Virus record (IMG/VR): IMGVR_UViG_3300009079_000055
Span: 1-35,735 of that record
Length of the DNA: 35,735 nt
Origin: a virus
Taxonomy: Duplodnaviria; Caudoviricetes
Strand: one strand, 5' to 3'
The translations under genes were made by a program, and so were the position numbers. The notes under the pieces are model-generated. The model was not told the origin of the DNA and searched no databases. It saw only the letters and a list, made by a program, of their open reading frames with translations. Each line of letters starts with the position of its first letter. The stretch's first letter is position 1. Below are positions 15,888 to 24,888 of this stretch, one piece after another.

Positions 15888-18806
15888 TTATGCTTGTGCC
15901 TCTGACCATCTTAGGAGAACATGCCCCGTTCCACTACCAGCAGTAAGACGAACATTAATAGCCAAAATATCAGAACCGTCTGGATATTGGAAATCGCCGC
16001 CAAGTGGTGCGCCAGTAAGTTCTTTCAATTCAGTAAGATCAAGTCTATCGTTGACTGATCCAGTAGTAGTTGAAGGAGCAGCAAACGCAAATACCTGTTC
16101 ACCCGGAACAGCCACTGTTCCTGCTGACCAAGTAATAGTAGTAGCAACCTGTGCGAGACTTGGTTGCCCACCCTGTGCTTCAGTATTTAGAGGAAGCCAT
16201 GTAGCCGAAGAGAAATTCTTAGGATTCAACACACCTTCAACAATAACTGCTCCTGGAGTAGTACCACCACTTAAAGCAACACCAACTGCGTTCAATAGAA
16301 GTTGAGAACGATTTAGAAGGTCTCTTACTCCAAGTCCACCAACCTGGCTATTTGAAACAGATGGGGCTAAACGAATTAAGAATGCAGTTTGGTTTGCTGT
16401 TGTGAGACTCAACCCAACACGCTGATAGTTAAAGATATATCCGCGATCTTTTGTAAATCCACCATCCATGATTAAAGCAGAACCCCAATGACTTAGAGTT
16501 GGAGAACATGTATTGCTTATCAAAATTACACCAGTACCTGCTGTATGACTTGCGGCCGCACCAGCTGTAAAGTTTGTTGATGTGCCTGCTTGCCATTGTG
16601 TTAGGGTTGCTGCACGGGTTGCACCAGTAAGATTTCCTGCACCAGTTGATGCTGATTTACCAGTATAACTTATTATTTCATTATCTATGTATATTGTGCC
16701 TGCAGTTGGAAAATGTTCTAATGCAGCTACAGGAATTGTCGTTGCTACGTTAGTAATTGTAGAAGTCAATGAGGTTACCGGAGTATCGTTCTCGATTGAA
16801 TAACGAACAGGAAGGTTACCCGATCTCATGTATGCTTCGTCATTAACGTTATTATTTTTAATTCGGTGAACATAAGTCCAATTACCATCAAGACCTCGTA
16901 TCATAAAATCAACAAAGCCTGCACCGTACCAAGTATATTGCATGCCAACCATTTGCATTTTGTTTAAGTCAACATTAAATCCACTTGGTCCAGTTCCATC
17001 AATCTTGTCAAGATTAAACTGATCTTGTCTAATTCTTATTTCTTGAATTAAGTTACCTTTTACTCCAGACGTAGTTCCGCCTCTATAATCAGGGGAAATA
17101 AATATAGAAGTATCACTTACCACTTGTATAACATGGTGAGTCATACCACGAATAACTACTCTATCACCCGCTTTTAATTGTTGTGTGAAACGAGTATTTG
17201 TTCCAGTCACAGCATTAGAGTTTTGAGTAACAGCTAATGTTCCACTCAATTGCGTTGTGGCATTTCTTCTTACAACCGAAAGAATCTGGCCATCATACTC
17301 CCAGAATAAACCATTCTGTTCATCAAATAGTCCTGCTCGAACCGCAGCGCCATCCCAAGATTTTACATATGCTTTTGCACTAATGCCTAATACTGCGGTT
17401 GTTGCTCCAAGTACGCTTGTTGCTAAAAATGTAAATTGATAATCACTTGTTATTCCATTTACGGTATATGTTCCATTATAACCAGATGTAGTTGCTCCTG
17501 CTATTTCTACAACAGCTCCGATTTGTAAACCATGATCTATATCATCCGTGGTAACTGTGACAGTAGAACCTATTGTAGTTGCAGAAGCGGTTATACTTCT
17601 AACATCATAATTTGGTCTGAACAATGTGCCAGATGACCAAAGAAATCCTTTACCTGATTGATATCGGAAATATCTTTTACTCTGTCTAGCAACAGTTGCG
17701 CCATATGTTGGTGTTTTTGTTGCTAGAATAACACCACCGTCCTGTGGTCTGTGTGTGATTGTAGCGTTTGTGAGAGCATATAAAGTGACAGATGATGGTG
17801 TTGTTACCGCTAGACCAGTTCTTGCAGTATAATTTAAGCTAGTTAAACTTGGAACGCTTGTAACAACAAACGGCCCTGAAGCAATATTGGCGTTAGTGCC
17901 AGCCGCGACATTAGCGTGAATGGCTGTACCAGGAATTAATCCATGCGGGTTTGTAAAGTTTAATGTAATTACTGATGGGTTAGCACCACTGCTTGTTGCT
18001 GATGCAACTGGTATTGATGCGCCGCTGTAAATTGCGCCGCGCTTAACTACCGTAGCATCTGTAAGCAAAGATTGCCCACTTGCTGTTCCAACTACACCTC
18101 TTGCAAAATATGTGAGAGTAGTTGTGGTTGGTACTGTATTGACAATAAAGGTTCCGTCAGCTCTACTAAACCCTGCTATTCCTGGATTCAAGGCTGCTAA
18201 GTTAACAACTTGCCCAACAGTAATACCGTGAGCAGCAGATGTAGTAACTGTAATCAAACTATTTGTTGCGCTTGTTGTTAGATAATCTGTGGTTATAGCA
18301 GTAGCAGTAAGGTCAACACCTGGTAATTCATAAGCAGATGGATAACCTCTTACCGTTCCATATCCTGCCCACTTAGTTGGCTGAAGACCATATTCGAAGT
18401 CAGCGTCAATCAGCGATTCTGGATTTGAAACTCTCATACGCTCAATAGCGTCAGTGCCAAAACTCCAAGGTCTAACAGTCGTTGCTGCATCCGAAGCTGG
18501 CTCATCAACATAGATGGCAATCTTATCAGCAGCATTCATAGTTGTAGTATCAAGATCAAGTGTAACAGTAGTGTAACCACCGACTGATTGCGTTAAGTTT
18601 GGAAATATACCGGCCAAGTCACCAGTTGTAAACGCAGCAGCAGTGCCAGAAAACGAAGAATCTGCAAAATTATACAGAGTGATGTTTCTAGTAGTGTTTA
18701 TGATTAGAAGAACACGCTCTAAAGAATATCTGCCAGGGAATCTTAAAGTTCCAACACCAGCTGCTCCTGTAGTAAAGCTGTACTTTTCTATAATCTTCTT
18801 TGCCAT
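15888..18806 (-). CDS. Large virion structural protein (972 aa) with repeated small beta modules
   Basis: RVSNPESLIDADFEYGLQPTKW, RQSKRYFRYQSGKG and YTWYGAG motifs recalled from T4-like cyanophage structural proteins; three TV.T...HG(I/L)..G modules. Confidence 0.75.
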   Translation of the reverse strand: MAKKIIEKYSFTTGAAGVGTLRFPGRYSLERVLLIINTTRNITLYNFADSSFSGTAAAFTTGDLAGIFPNLTQSVGGYTTVTLDLDTTTMNAADKIAIYVDEPASDAATTVRPWSFGTDAIERMRVSNPESLIDADFEYGLQPTKWAGYGTVRGYPSAYELPGVDLTATAITTDYLTTSATNSLITVTTSAAHGITVGQVVNLAALNPGIAGFSRADGTFIVNTVPTTTTLTYFARGVVGTASGQSLLTDATVVKRGAIYSGASIPVASATSSGANPSVITLNFTNPHGLIPGTAIHANVAAGTNANIASGPFVVTSVPSLTSLNYTARTGLAVTTPSSVTLYALTNATITHRPQDGGVILATKTPTYGATVARQSKRYFRYQSGKGFLWSSGTLFRPNYDVRSITASATTIGSTVTVTTDDIDHGLQIGAVVEIAGATTSGYNGTYTVNGITSDYQFTFLATSVLGATTAVLGISAKAYVKSWDGAAVRAGLFDEQNGLFWEYDGQILSVVRRNATTQLSGTLAVTQNSNAVTGTNTRFTQQLKAGDRVVIRGMTHHVIQVVSDTSIFISPDYRGGTTSGVKGNLIQEIRIRQDQFNLDKIDGTGPSGFNVDLNKMQMVGMQYTWYGAGFVDFMIRGLDGNWTYVHRIKNNNVNDEAYMRSGNLPVRYSIENDTPVTSLTSTITNVATTIPVAALEHFPTAGTIYIDNEIISYTGKSASTGAGNLTGATRAATLTQWQAGTSTNFTAGAAASHTAGTGVILISNTCSPTLSHWGSALIMDGGFTKDRGYIFNYQRVGLSLTTANQTAFLIRLAPSVSNSQVGGLGVRDLLNRSQLLLNAVGVALSGGTTPGAVIVEGVLNPKNFSSATWLPLNTEAQGGQPSLAQVATTITWSAGTVAVPGEQVFAFAAPSTTTGSVNDRLDLTELKELTGAPLGGDFQYPDGSDILAINVRLTAGSGTGHVLLRWSEAQA

Positions 18807-18819
18807 ATTTTATTTCCTA

Positions 18820-20640
18820 TTATCCTAATGCTATACTGTACGCAATACTAGATGCTACTGTAGTCGTATCTGCAAGACCGCGTGGTCCAATAGACGAGTA
18901 TACATGCCAAGTGCTGCCATCATATACAAATTCATTTCGTGTTTGCCCAATATCAAGACTGAAATCATCAGCTATAAATTCAATAGTCGAAGAGTTTCTA
19001 GCCACAGTTAATGGATTAGCTGTGAAGTTTCCTATATCATAAATTAATACCGTTGCTCCAGAACTTGGAGTTGCTGGCAGCGTTACAATAAAGGTACCAG
19101 CAGTTGTGTTACATAGCAACCTGTCTCCGTTTACCGCGGTATAGTTTGCTGTTTTTGTTGCAAATGCAGTAAGACCACCTGTTGCAGCGATAGTTACATT
19201 TGATCTATCACCAGCGGAATCATCATCAACATTGATTGTGATATTGCTACCAGGAATAAAGTTTAATGATCTTCTAGTTGATCTTACAGTATATGTAGAA
19301 CTAAGAGTATTTCCAACGGGTCTAGTATTAGCAGCATTAAATGTTGCTACAGCAAAAGCGTTAGCACCACTACCAACAGCGGTATTTGAACCGTTTTGCA
19401 CAGCAATCATAAAATTATTAGCACCAGTTCCTACAGCACTATTAGCACCTGCTATCGTAGCGGAAGTAAATGCATTAGCGCCAGTTCCTACTGCTGTATT
19501 TGCACCTGCTATTGTGGCCGATGCAAAGGCATTAGCACCAGCACCAACTGCTGTATTAGCTCCTGCTATGGTAGCTGAAGTAAATGCATTAGCGCCAGTT
19601 CCTACTGCTGTGTTAGATCCGTTTTGTACAGCAATCATGAAGTTATTAGCGCCTGTACCTACAGCACTATTAGCACCAGCTATGACTGCAAGTAGGAAAT
19701 TGTTAGCGCCTGTTCCAACTGCTGTGTTAGCACCAGCTATTGTAGCGGAAGCAAATGCGTTAGCACCAATACCTGTATTAAACGCTAAAACGTTAGCAGC
19801 GTTGGCTTTATCAAAAGCTTGTGATGCTATTGTTCTTGCTGTTGTATCTGTAGAACCTGCTGGAGATAATATATCGGAACCAACACCTGCAGTAGCCAAT
19901 GCTAAGTTGATAAATGCGCCGCGATTTGTGCCACCAGTTTCGAAGAATCTAATTTGATTTCGGAAAATATCAATAGTAACGCTTGTAGAGAGACCGTTAT
20001 TTGTCTGAGCAGTTGAAAGAATAATTTCACCGCCCTCATCACCATTTGAATTTGTTGATCTAAGGTATTGCCCCGAAACAGTATTACTTGCTGTTATATT
20101 GCCTACCGAAACATTGGCGTCCCATGTAAGAGGTCCTGTGCCAGAACGACCAAGAGTTTTGCCATCATTTGAACCAAAAAGAATATATCCTTGTGTTGGA
20201 TCTTGTTGACCTTTGATTCTTAATACGTTTGCTAAATTTGTATCACCAATCCAGGCATCATCGCCAACTCTAAAATTTTCACCTTGACCGTTATTTGATG
20301 ATAAAAATTTGTCCGCAGTAACATTGTTATTAAAAACAGGATTGTCTATTACGCCAATTGTTAATCTATCACTTACAGCATCAGTAGCAATATTGATATT
20401 ATTACCTGAAGCAATAGTCAAAACATCGCCTACAGTATCGGCCACAAGTAATACGCCATTGGCACTAACTGTACCAAAACTAGAACTTTGGGTTGGAGTA
20501 ATTTCTACAATAGAACTGGTGGTGTTCTTATAATACAGCTTGCCATCGGCAAAGTTAATTGCTAACTCGCCGTTGGCCAAATCTGCTGGTTTAGCACTGG
20601 GTGTGCTTGATTTTTTAAGCTGGATTGTTGTATTTGGCAT
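18820..20640 (-). CDS. Tail fibre-like protein (606 aa) with 19-aa repeats and a gp9/gp10-like C-terminal module
   Basis: N-terminal IQLKKS...P..LANGELAINFADGKLY (Mtd N-terminal-like); Ala/Gly repeats; YTAVNGD..CNTTAG..VTLPATP..G..V.IYD module. Confidence 0.75.
   Translation of the reverse strand: MPNTTIQLKKSSTPSAKPADLANGELAINFADGKLYYKNTTSSIVEITPTQSSSFGTVSANGVLLVADTVGDVLTIASGNNINIATDAVSDRLTIGVIDNPVFNNNVTADKFLSSNNGQGENFRVGDDAWIGDTNLANVLRIKGQQDPTQGYILFGSNDGKTLGRSGTGPLTWDANVSVGNITASNTVSGQYLRSTNSNGDEGGEIILSTAQTNNGLSTSVTIDIFRNQIRFFETGGTNRGAFINLALATAGVGSDILSPAGSTDTTARTIASQAFDKANAANVLAFNTGIGANAFASATIAGANTAVGTGANNFLLAVIAGANSAVGTGANNFMIAVQNGSNTAVGTGANAFTSATIAGANTAVGAGANAFASATIAGANTAVGTGANAFTSATIAGANSAVGTGANNFMIAVQNGSNTAVGSGANAFAVATFNAANTRPVGNTLSSTYTVRSTRRSLNFIPGSNITINVDDDSAGDRSNVTIAATGGLTAFATKTANYTAVNGDRLLCNTTAGTFIVTLPATPSSGATVLIYDIGNFTANPLTVARNSSTIEFIADDFSLDIGQTRNEFVYDGSTWHVYSSIGPRGLADTTTVASSIAYSIALG
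19340..19800 (-). repeat. 57-nt (19-aa) degenerate tandem repeats GANTAVG(T/A)GANAF(A/T)SATIA
   Basis: Period of 57 nt visible, e.g. attagcacctgct at 19441 and atttgcacctgct at 19498; about 7 units; boundaries approximate. Confidence 0.9.
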
Positions 20641-21293
20641 TAGAAATCGTCATCTGGCTCTTTCGTTTTTGTCTTAGTATTTAGTTGAACCTTTACCGTA
20701 GATGACTCCTTGACATTCTTTGTTACCTCAGCTTTTGGAATAGGTGGAGGCGGTGTCAATTTTTCTAATTTTTGAGTTAGTTCCAAAATTAACTTATCCT
20801 TATCATCTAAGGCAGAAGTTAAATTATCAATTTTTTCATTGTTTGATGATATTTGAGTATCTTTGGTAACTAGAACAATATTTAAAGATGCGATTTCAGT
20901 ATCTTTGGTAACTAGAACAGTATTTAAAGATGCGATTTGATCATCTCTCGTTTTGATCTCATTTTTCATATCAGTCAATTGTTTTAACAATGTGTCCATA
21001 TGAGAAACTTTGGAACTTATAGCAGTGTGAGATTCTTCAGCTATCTTAAGTTTATCTTGACAAGAAAGTAGTGCTGCTTTCATTGTTTCAGTATCATCTT
21101 GAGTAGTGGTAAAATTATTACTGATATTTTGGATTTCACCGGTCAATTGTGCAATTGTTGCATCTCTTTCAATCAACAAGTCATTAGCTAATTTTAGTTG
21201 AGTTTTCAACTGAAGACTACTCCCCACATATTCGTGGAGAGTAGCTATTGTTGTGTCAATATATGTATTAATAAACTTATTTGGATCACTCAT
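20640..21293 (-). CDS. Coiled-coil hypothetical protein (217 aa)
   Basis: Continuous heptad pattern; PPPP and a charged tail at the C-terminus. Confidence 0.7.
   Translation of the reverse strand: MSDPNKFINTYIDTTIATLHEYVGSSLQLKTQLKLANDLLIERDATIAQLTGEIQNISNNFTTTQDDTETMKAALLSCQDKLKIAEESHTAISSKVSHMDTLLKQLTDMKNEIKTRDDQIASLNTVLVTKDTEIASLNIVLVTKDTQISSNNEKIDNLTSALDDKDKLILELTQKLEKLTPPPPIPKAEVTKNVKESSTVKVQLNTKTKTKEPDDDF
20678..20685 (-). promoter_or_regulatory. Late promoter-like box ACTAAATA
   Basis: Within the end of the 217-aa gene, 38 nt upstream of the 20640 start. Confidence 0.5.
20856..20939. repeat. 42-nt tandem duplication (two copies, 2 mismatches)
   Basis: agtatctttggtaactagaaca(a/g)tatttaaagatgcgattt(c/g) at 20856 and 20898. 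Confidence 0.95.
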
Positions 21294-21319
21294 TATGTAA
21301 TACTCGCTTTGTTAATTGT

Positions 21320-23137
21320 TTAGAATGTGCCTCCGTCAAGCATACCAAAGAGTGGTGTACCTTGATTATTTACCTGAAGAACATTACCTTCTGTGCCAGC
21401 GGCTGTTACTCTGATTCCGCTTGTTACATTACCGAATAGAATGCCGTTGTTAGCAAAAGTAGTTACTCCAGTACCACCGTATGGAACAGAGATTGTGGTA
21501 GCATTCCAAACACCAGCAGTGAGTGTGCCTACGCCTGTAATACCTGTATAAGAACCAGAGATTCTAGCAGATGGAACTGTACCTGATGTTAAGTTTGTAG
21601 CGTCTCTTGCGGCAGTATTAGCGCCATTCAATGTTGCTATAGTGAAGTTATTAGCTCCAGTACCAACTGCTGTGTTAGCGCCCGCTATAGTAGCCGAAGC
21701 AAATGCATTTGCTCCTGCACCGACTGCCGTATTAGCACCCGCTATTGTAGCAGATGCGAAAGCGTTAGCGCCAGCACCTACTGCTGTATTTGAACCATTT
21801 TGTACAGCAATCATGAAAGCATTAGCACCAGCACCAACTGCTGAGTTAGCACCAGCTATGGTAGCAGAGGCAAAGTTATTAGCCGCTGTACCAACTGCTG
21901 AGTTTGCACCTGCAATGGTAGCTGCAAAAAGACTATTAGCACCAGCTATTGTGGCCGATGCAAAGGCATTAGCGCCAGCTCCTACTGCTGTATTAGCTCC
22001 TGCTATGGTAGCGGAAGCAAATCCGTTGGCTGCTGTTCCTACACTATTGATTGTTGTAATAGCGTTGGCGCCACCAAGAATCAAGTTGCTAGTTCTAATT
22101 GTAGCATTAAGAACTGCTAAACTGAAACCGTTGGCCGATGAATCAATGTGATTTGGATTAGGTTCTTGATTGTAACCATCAAAAACAAAATATTCTTTAA
22201 CTGTTGCGTCACGGAAAAGACCAGTGTGTAGATTTTGCGAGTTTGCACTAACATAGTTAGCAACAAAACCAATGTCAACAATGTCTGCAACATAGTTATT
22301 TCCAGCAAGATAGATAAGAGGATCGGAAACTCTTAGTGTTTGAGTATCGATACTAAATGCATTACCTGATACTGTCAAACTACCTGTAACTGCAAGATTG
22401 CCTGTAATGGTTTGTCCAGCTGCTGTCAATTTAACAAAAGTGGCATCTGAATAGTTATTGGCGCCTTGACCAACTGCTGTGTTAGATCCATTCTGCACAG
22501 CAATCATGAAAGCATTTGCACCAGCACCAACTGCGGTATTAGCACCTGCAATCGTTGCAGCAGAGAACGCATTGGCTCCTGCGCCTACTGCTGTGTTAGC
22601 ACCAGCTATTGTTGCCGAAGTAAAGGCATTAGCACCAGTTCCTACAGCAGTATTAGCACCTGCTATTGTAGCAGAAGCAAAAGCATTAGCACCAGCTCCT
22701 ACAGCGGTATTGGCTCCTGCAATGGTGGCCGCAAAAAGACTGTTAGCACCGGCTATTGTTGCTGAAGCAAAAGCGTTAGCGCCAATACCTGTATTAAATG
22801 CTAGAACATTTGCGGCATTAGCTTTATCAAATGCTTGTGAAGCTATAATATTAGCAGCATTTGCTTTATCAAAAGAAGCGCCTGCAGCAGCACCGCTGTT
22901 AGCTGCTTGAAATGCTGCAATAGCTATAATGTTAGCAGCATTAGCCGCTTGAAACGCTTGAATAGCGGTGTTAACATAGTAACGACCGCCAATTTCAATT
23001 ACTTGAGATCCATCGGAAGAACCAATAAATAACTTTTCTGAGAGATATGAGTATGCTGGTTCGGCAGCGGATAGCGAACCAGCCGTAGGTGCGGTTGTTA
23101 CCGTACTTCTTTTAATCTGTATGACTGTATTCGCCAT
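21320..23137 (-). CDS. Tail fibre-like protein (605 aa) with two blocks of 19-aa repeats
   Basis: N-terminal IQIKRS...P....L...EPAYSY..KLFIG; central ITGNLAVTGSLTVSG..LRVSDPLIYL..DIGF..GLFRDA fibre module; C-terminal LDGGTF. Confidence 0.75.
   Translation of the reverse strand: MANTVIQIKRSTVTTAPTAGSLSAAEPAYSYLSEKLFIGSSDGSQVIEIGGRYYVNTAIQAFQAANAANIIAIAAFQAANSGAAAGASFDKANAANIIASQAFDKANAANVLAFNTGIGANAFASATIAGANSLFAATIAGANTAVGAGANAFASATIAGANTAVGTGANAFTSATIAGANTAVGAGANAFSAATIAGANTAVGAGANAFMIAVQNGSNTAVGQGANNYSDATFVKLTAAGQTITGNLAVTGSLTVSGNAFSIDTQTLRVSDPLIYLAGNNYVADIVDIGFVANYVSANSQNLHTGLFRDATVKEYFVFDGYNQEPNPNHIDSSANGFSLAVLNATIRTSNLILGGANAITTINSVGTAANGFASATIAGANTAVGAGANAFASATIAGANSLFAATIAGANSAVGTAANNFASATIAGANSAVGAGANAFMIAVQNGSNTAVGAGANAFASATIAGANTAVGAGANAFASATIAGANTAVGTGANNFTIATLNGANTAARDATNLTSGTVPSARISGSYTGITGVGTLTAGVWNATTISVPYGGTGVTTFANNGILFGNVTSGIRVTAAGTEGNVLQVNNQGTPLFGMLDGGTF
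21600..22040 (-). repeat. 57-nt (19-aa) repeats, distal block of the 605-aa gene
   Basis: Same unit as 19340..19800 with one extra 11-aa half-unit; boundaries approximate. Confidence 0.85.
22455..22800 (-). repeat. 57-nt (19-aa) repeats, proximal block of the 605-aa gene
   Basis: Same unit; includes the 11-aa half-unit ANSLFAATIAG; boundaries approximate. Confidence 0.85.
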
Positions 23138-23374
23138 TTAAAATGTTCCTCCGTTTATGTTTGGTAAAATTTTAATCACATATTTTTGCAATGTTTCATC
23201 ATAAACTAGTGTTTCGTTGTTATCCGGATCAGTTGCATCAACATCTGTCAATTGTGAAAGCTGATTAACGAGTTCCGGACCAGCAATACCAACCGTTCTA
23301 ATTGTTGTTCTTTGTTGATTATTTATAGAAACTCGGTTTGGACTGCTTGAATTTACCGTTACTTTGACGGCCAT
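23138..23374 (-). CDS. Small fibre-associated protein (78 aa)
   Basis: LSQLTDVD.....NETLVYD....KY fibre-type motif; ends INGGTF; abuts the next gene. Confidence 0.7.
   Translation of the reverse strand: MAVKVTVNSSSPNRVSINNQQRTTIRTVGIAGPELVNQLSQLTDVDATDPDNNETLVYDETLQKYVIKILPNINGGTF
23320..23327 (-). promoter_or_regulatory. Late promoter TATAAATA (intragenic)
   Basis: Exact consensus, about 180 nt upstream of the 605-aa gene start. Confidence 0.45.
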
Positions 23375-23384
23375 AGCTTTATTC

Positions 23385-23723
23385 CTATCTTGTTACTTGT
23401 GGCGTTACTGTTATTATACCCTCAAGCACTCGACTGACAAAACCATTGCCATCCACGGTTTCGAGATCAAATAGATATCTTCCAGCTTTTATGTTGGATG
23501 TATTCGCAGAACCCAGTGACATAGTAATCTCACCGTTGCTGGAATCTGTTATTGTACATACAATATTGGCACTTGCGTTTATCGAATAGTATGATCTACG
23601 CATTTGACTACGAACATTATAATTCAAAAGGGAAATAGTAGAATTTGTAACATCATCAGTCAAATTGATGACATTTCTAAAATTTGCGCCCTGATCCATA
23701 TAAAGTTCTACATAAGCTGCCAT
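23385..23723 (-). CDS. Ig-like/BppU-N-like virion adaptor protein (112 aa)
   Basis: L.MDQGA.F...SQMRRSY...G.I.MSL....T..IKAGRYLFDLE....RVLEGIITVTP.VT pattern recalled from T4-like phages. Confidence 0.7.
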   Translation of the reverse strand: MAAYVELYMDQGANFRNVINLTDDVTNSTISLLNYNVRSQMRRSYYSINASANIVCTITDSSNGEITMSLGSANTSNIKAGRYLFDLETVDGNGFVSRVLEGIITVTPQVTR

Positions 23724-23745
23724 TTAAATTTTTGCCTTTTTCTTT

Positions 23746-23753
23746 TATTTATG
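23746..23753 (-). promoter_or_regulatory. Late promoter-like box CATAAATA
   Basis: Intergenic, 23 nt upstream of the 23723 start. Confidence 0.65.
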
Positions 23754-23758
23754 ATAGA

Positions 23759-24883
23759 TTATGTTGTAAAGAATTGGAGTGATATTGCACCATAAGTACC
23801 TCCATTGCCATAATTAGTACCAAATCCGGAATACAAGGTACTGGCGCCTCGACCAAAACTATAACTCCAGTTTGCATCAGTATAGAGTGGATCCGCAGAG
23901 TCGCCTGGATTCAAAGTACCCGATGCTCCATTTTCAAGAGCTATTAGATGTAGCAGATAACCTTGATAATAAGTAGAGCCTCCTCCACCGCCGCCTCCGC
24001 CTTGACTTAATGTCCAGCCACCACCTCCTCCACCATACCAGCCACCGCCTCCACCTCCGCCGCCACCGCCGCCAGAACCATTTCTTCCTCCGTAGGCACC
24101 ACCTGCTGCGCCACCGAAACCAATTGTAGCTGCTCCATTGCCACCGCCCTGACCGGCATCAATAAAAGTACCATTACCGCCGTTGCCACTTGTACCAGTT
24201 CCTCCAGTACCTCCTGCGGAACTACCGCCTGGATTACCTCCTAGGGACGAACCGGCAACACCGGCATTATAACCAGTTATACCAATTAAACCAGCGCCAC
24301 CACCTGGTGCGCCGTGATCTGATACACCAGTACTTGCTGTACCTCCGCCGCCGCCACCACCGCCAACAATAAAATAGTAAGGTTGACCTGATCTAGTCAT
24401 ATTTCTAAGCGTTGTAGCACCACCGCCACCGCCACCTTCACCAGCACTGTTTTGAGAACCGTCGCCTCCGGAACCGCCTTGACCAATTTGATATGATAAA
24501 GTATCTCCTGGCGAAACATCATATATGCCCCATAAGGAAGCACCGGAACCGCCGCCGCCTGCTATAACGGCTCCAGTTGCAGACCATCTACCTCCTGTAC
24601 CGCCTCCGCCTCCCCATGCTTTAATACTAACACGATATGCTCCTGCAGGAACAGTAATATTTCCTGTACTAGTAGTATAAAAAAGATTAGTATTAATGAC
24701 TGATGGATGAATTAATGGCCAGTCTTTACCTCTACCATTAGACATCGAAATAGGATCTGACCAATCGCCAAACAATGTTTTTAAGTAAGGATTGCTCAAA
24801 GAAAGTGCTTGATTATTTGGATAACCAAACTCAGTGTTTATCTGACTAAAACTTAGTGGGTTAGGTGATGCAGGTAGTACCAT
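23759..24883 (-). CDS. Glycine-rich adhesin-like protein (374 aa), probable fibre tip
   Basis: N-terminal LPASP.PLSFSQINTEFG...ISMSN.RGK cap domain then many GGGGG runs; directly follows the S74-bearing fibre gene. Confidence 0.7.
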   Translation of the reverse strand: MVLPASPNPLSFSQINTEFGYPNNQALSLSNPYLKTLFGDWSDPISMSNGRGKDWPLIHPSVINTNLFYTTSTGNITVPAGAYRVSIKAWGGGGGTGGRWSATGAVIAGGGGSGASLWGIYDVSPGDTLSYQIGQGGSGGDGSQNSAGEGGGGGGATTLRNMTRSGQPYYFIVGGGGGGGGTASTGVSDHGAPGGGAGLIGITGYNAGVAGSSLGGNPGGSSAGGTGGTGTSGNGGNGTFIDAGQGGGNGAATIGFGGAAGGAYGGRNGSGGGGGGGGGGGWYGGGGGGWTLSQGGGGGGGGSTYYQGYLLHLIALENGASGTLNPGDSADPLYTDANWSYSFGRGASTLYSGFGTNYGNGGTYGAISLQFFTT

Positions 24884-24888
24884 TTATC

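Noticed and set aside
19340-22800. Regularly spaced repeats as a possible CRISPR array
   Set aside because: Repeats are contiguous, degenerate at third codon positions, in-frame within ORFs and have no unique spacers; no cas genes
19232-22910. Long plus-strand ORFs (19232..19957, 21642..22151, 22479..22910) with LAPVPTAV repeats
   Set aside because: Antisense shadows of the Ala/Gly/Thr repeat codons of minus-strand fibre genes; no independent RBS or function evident
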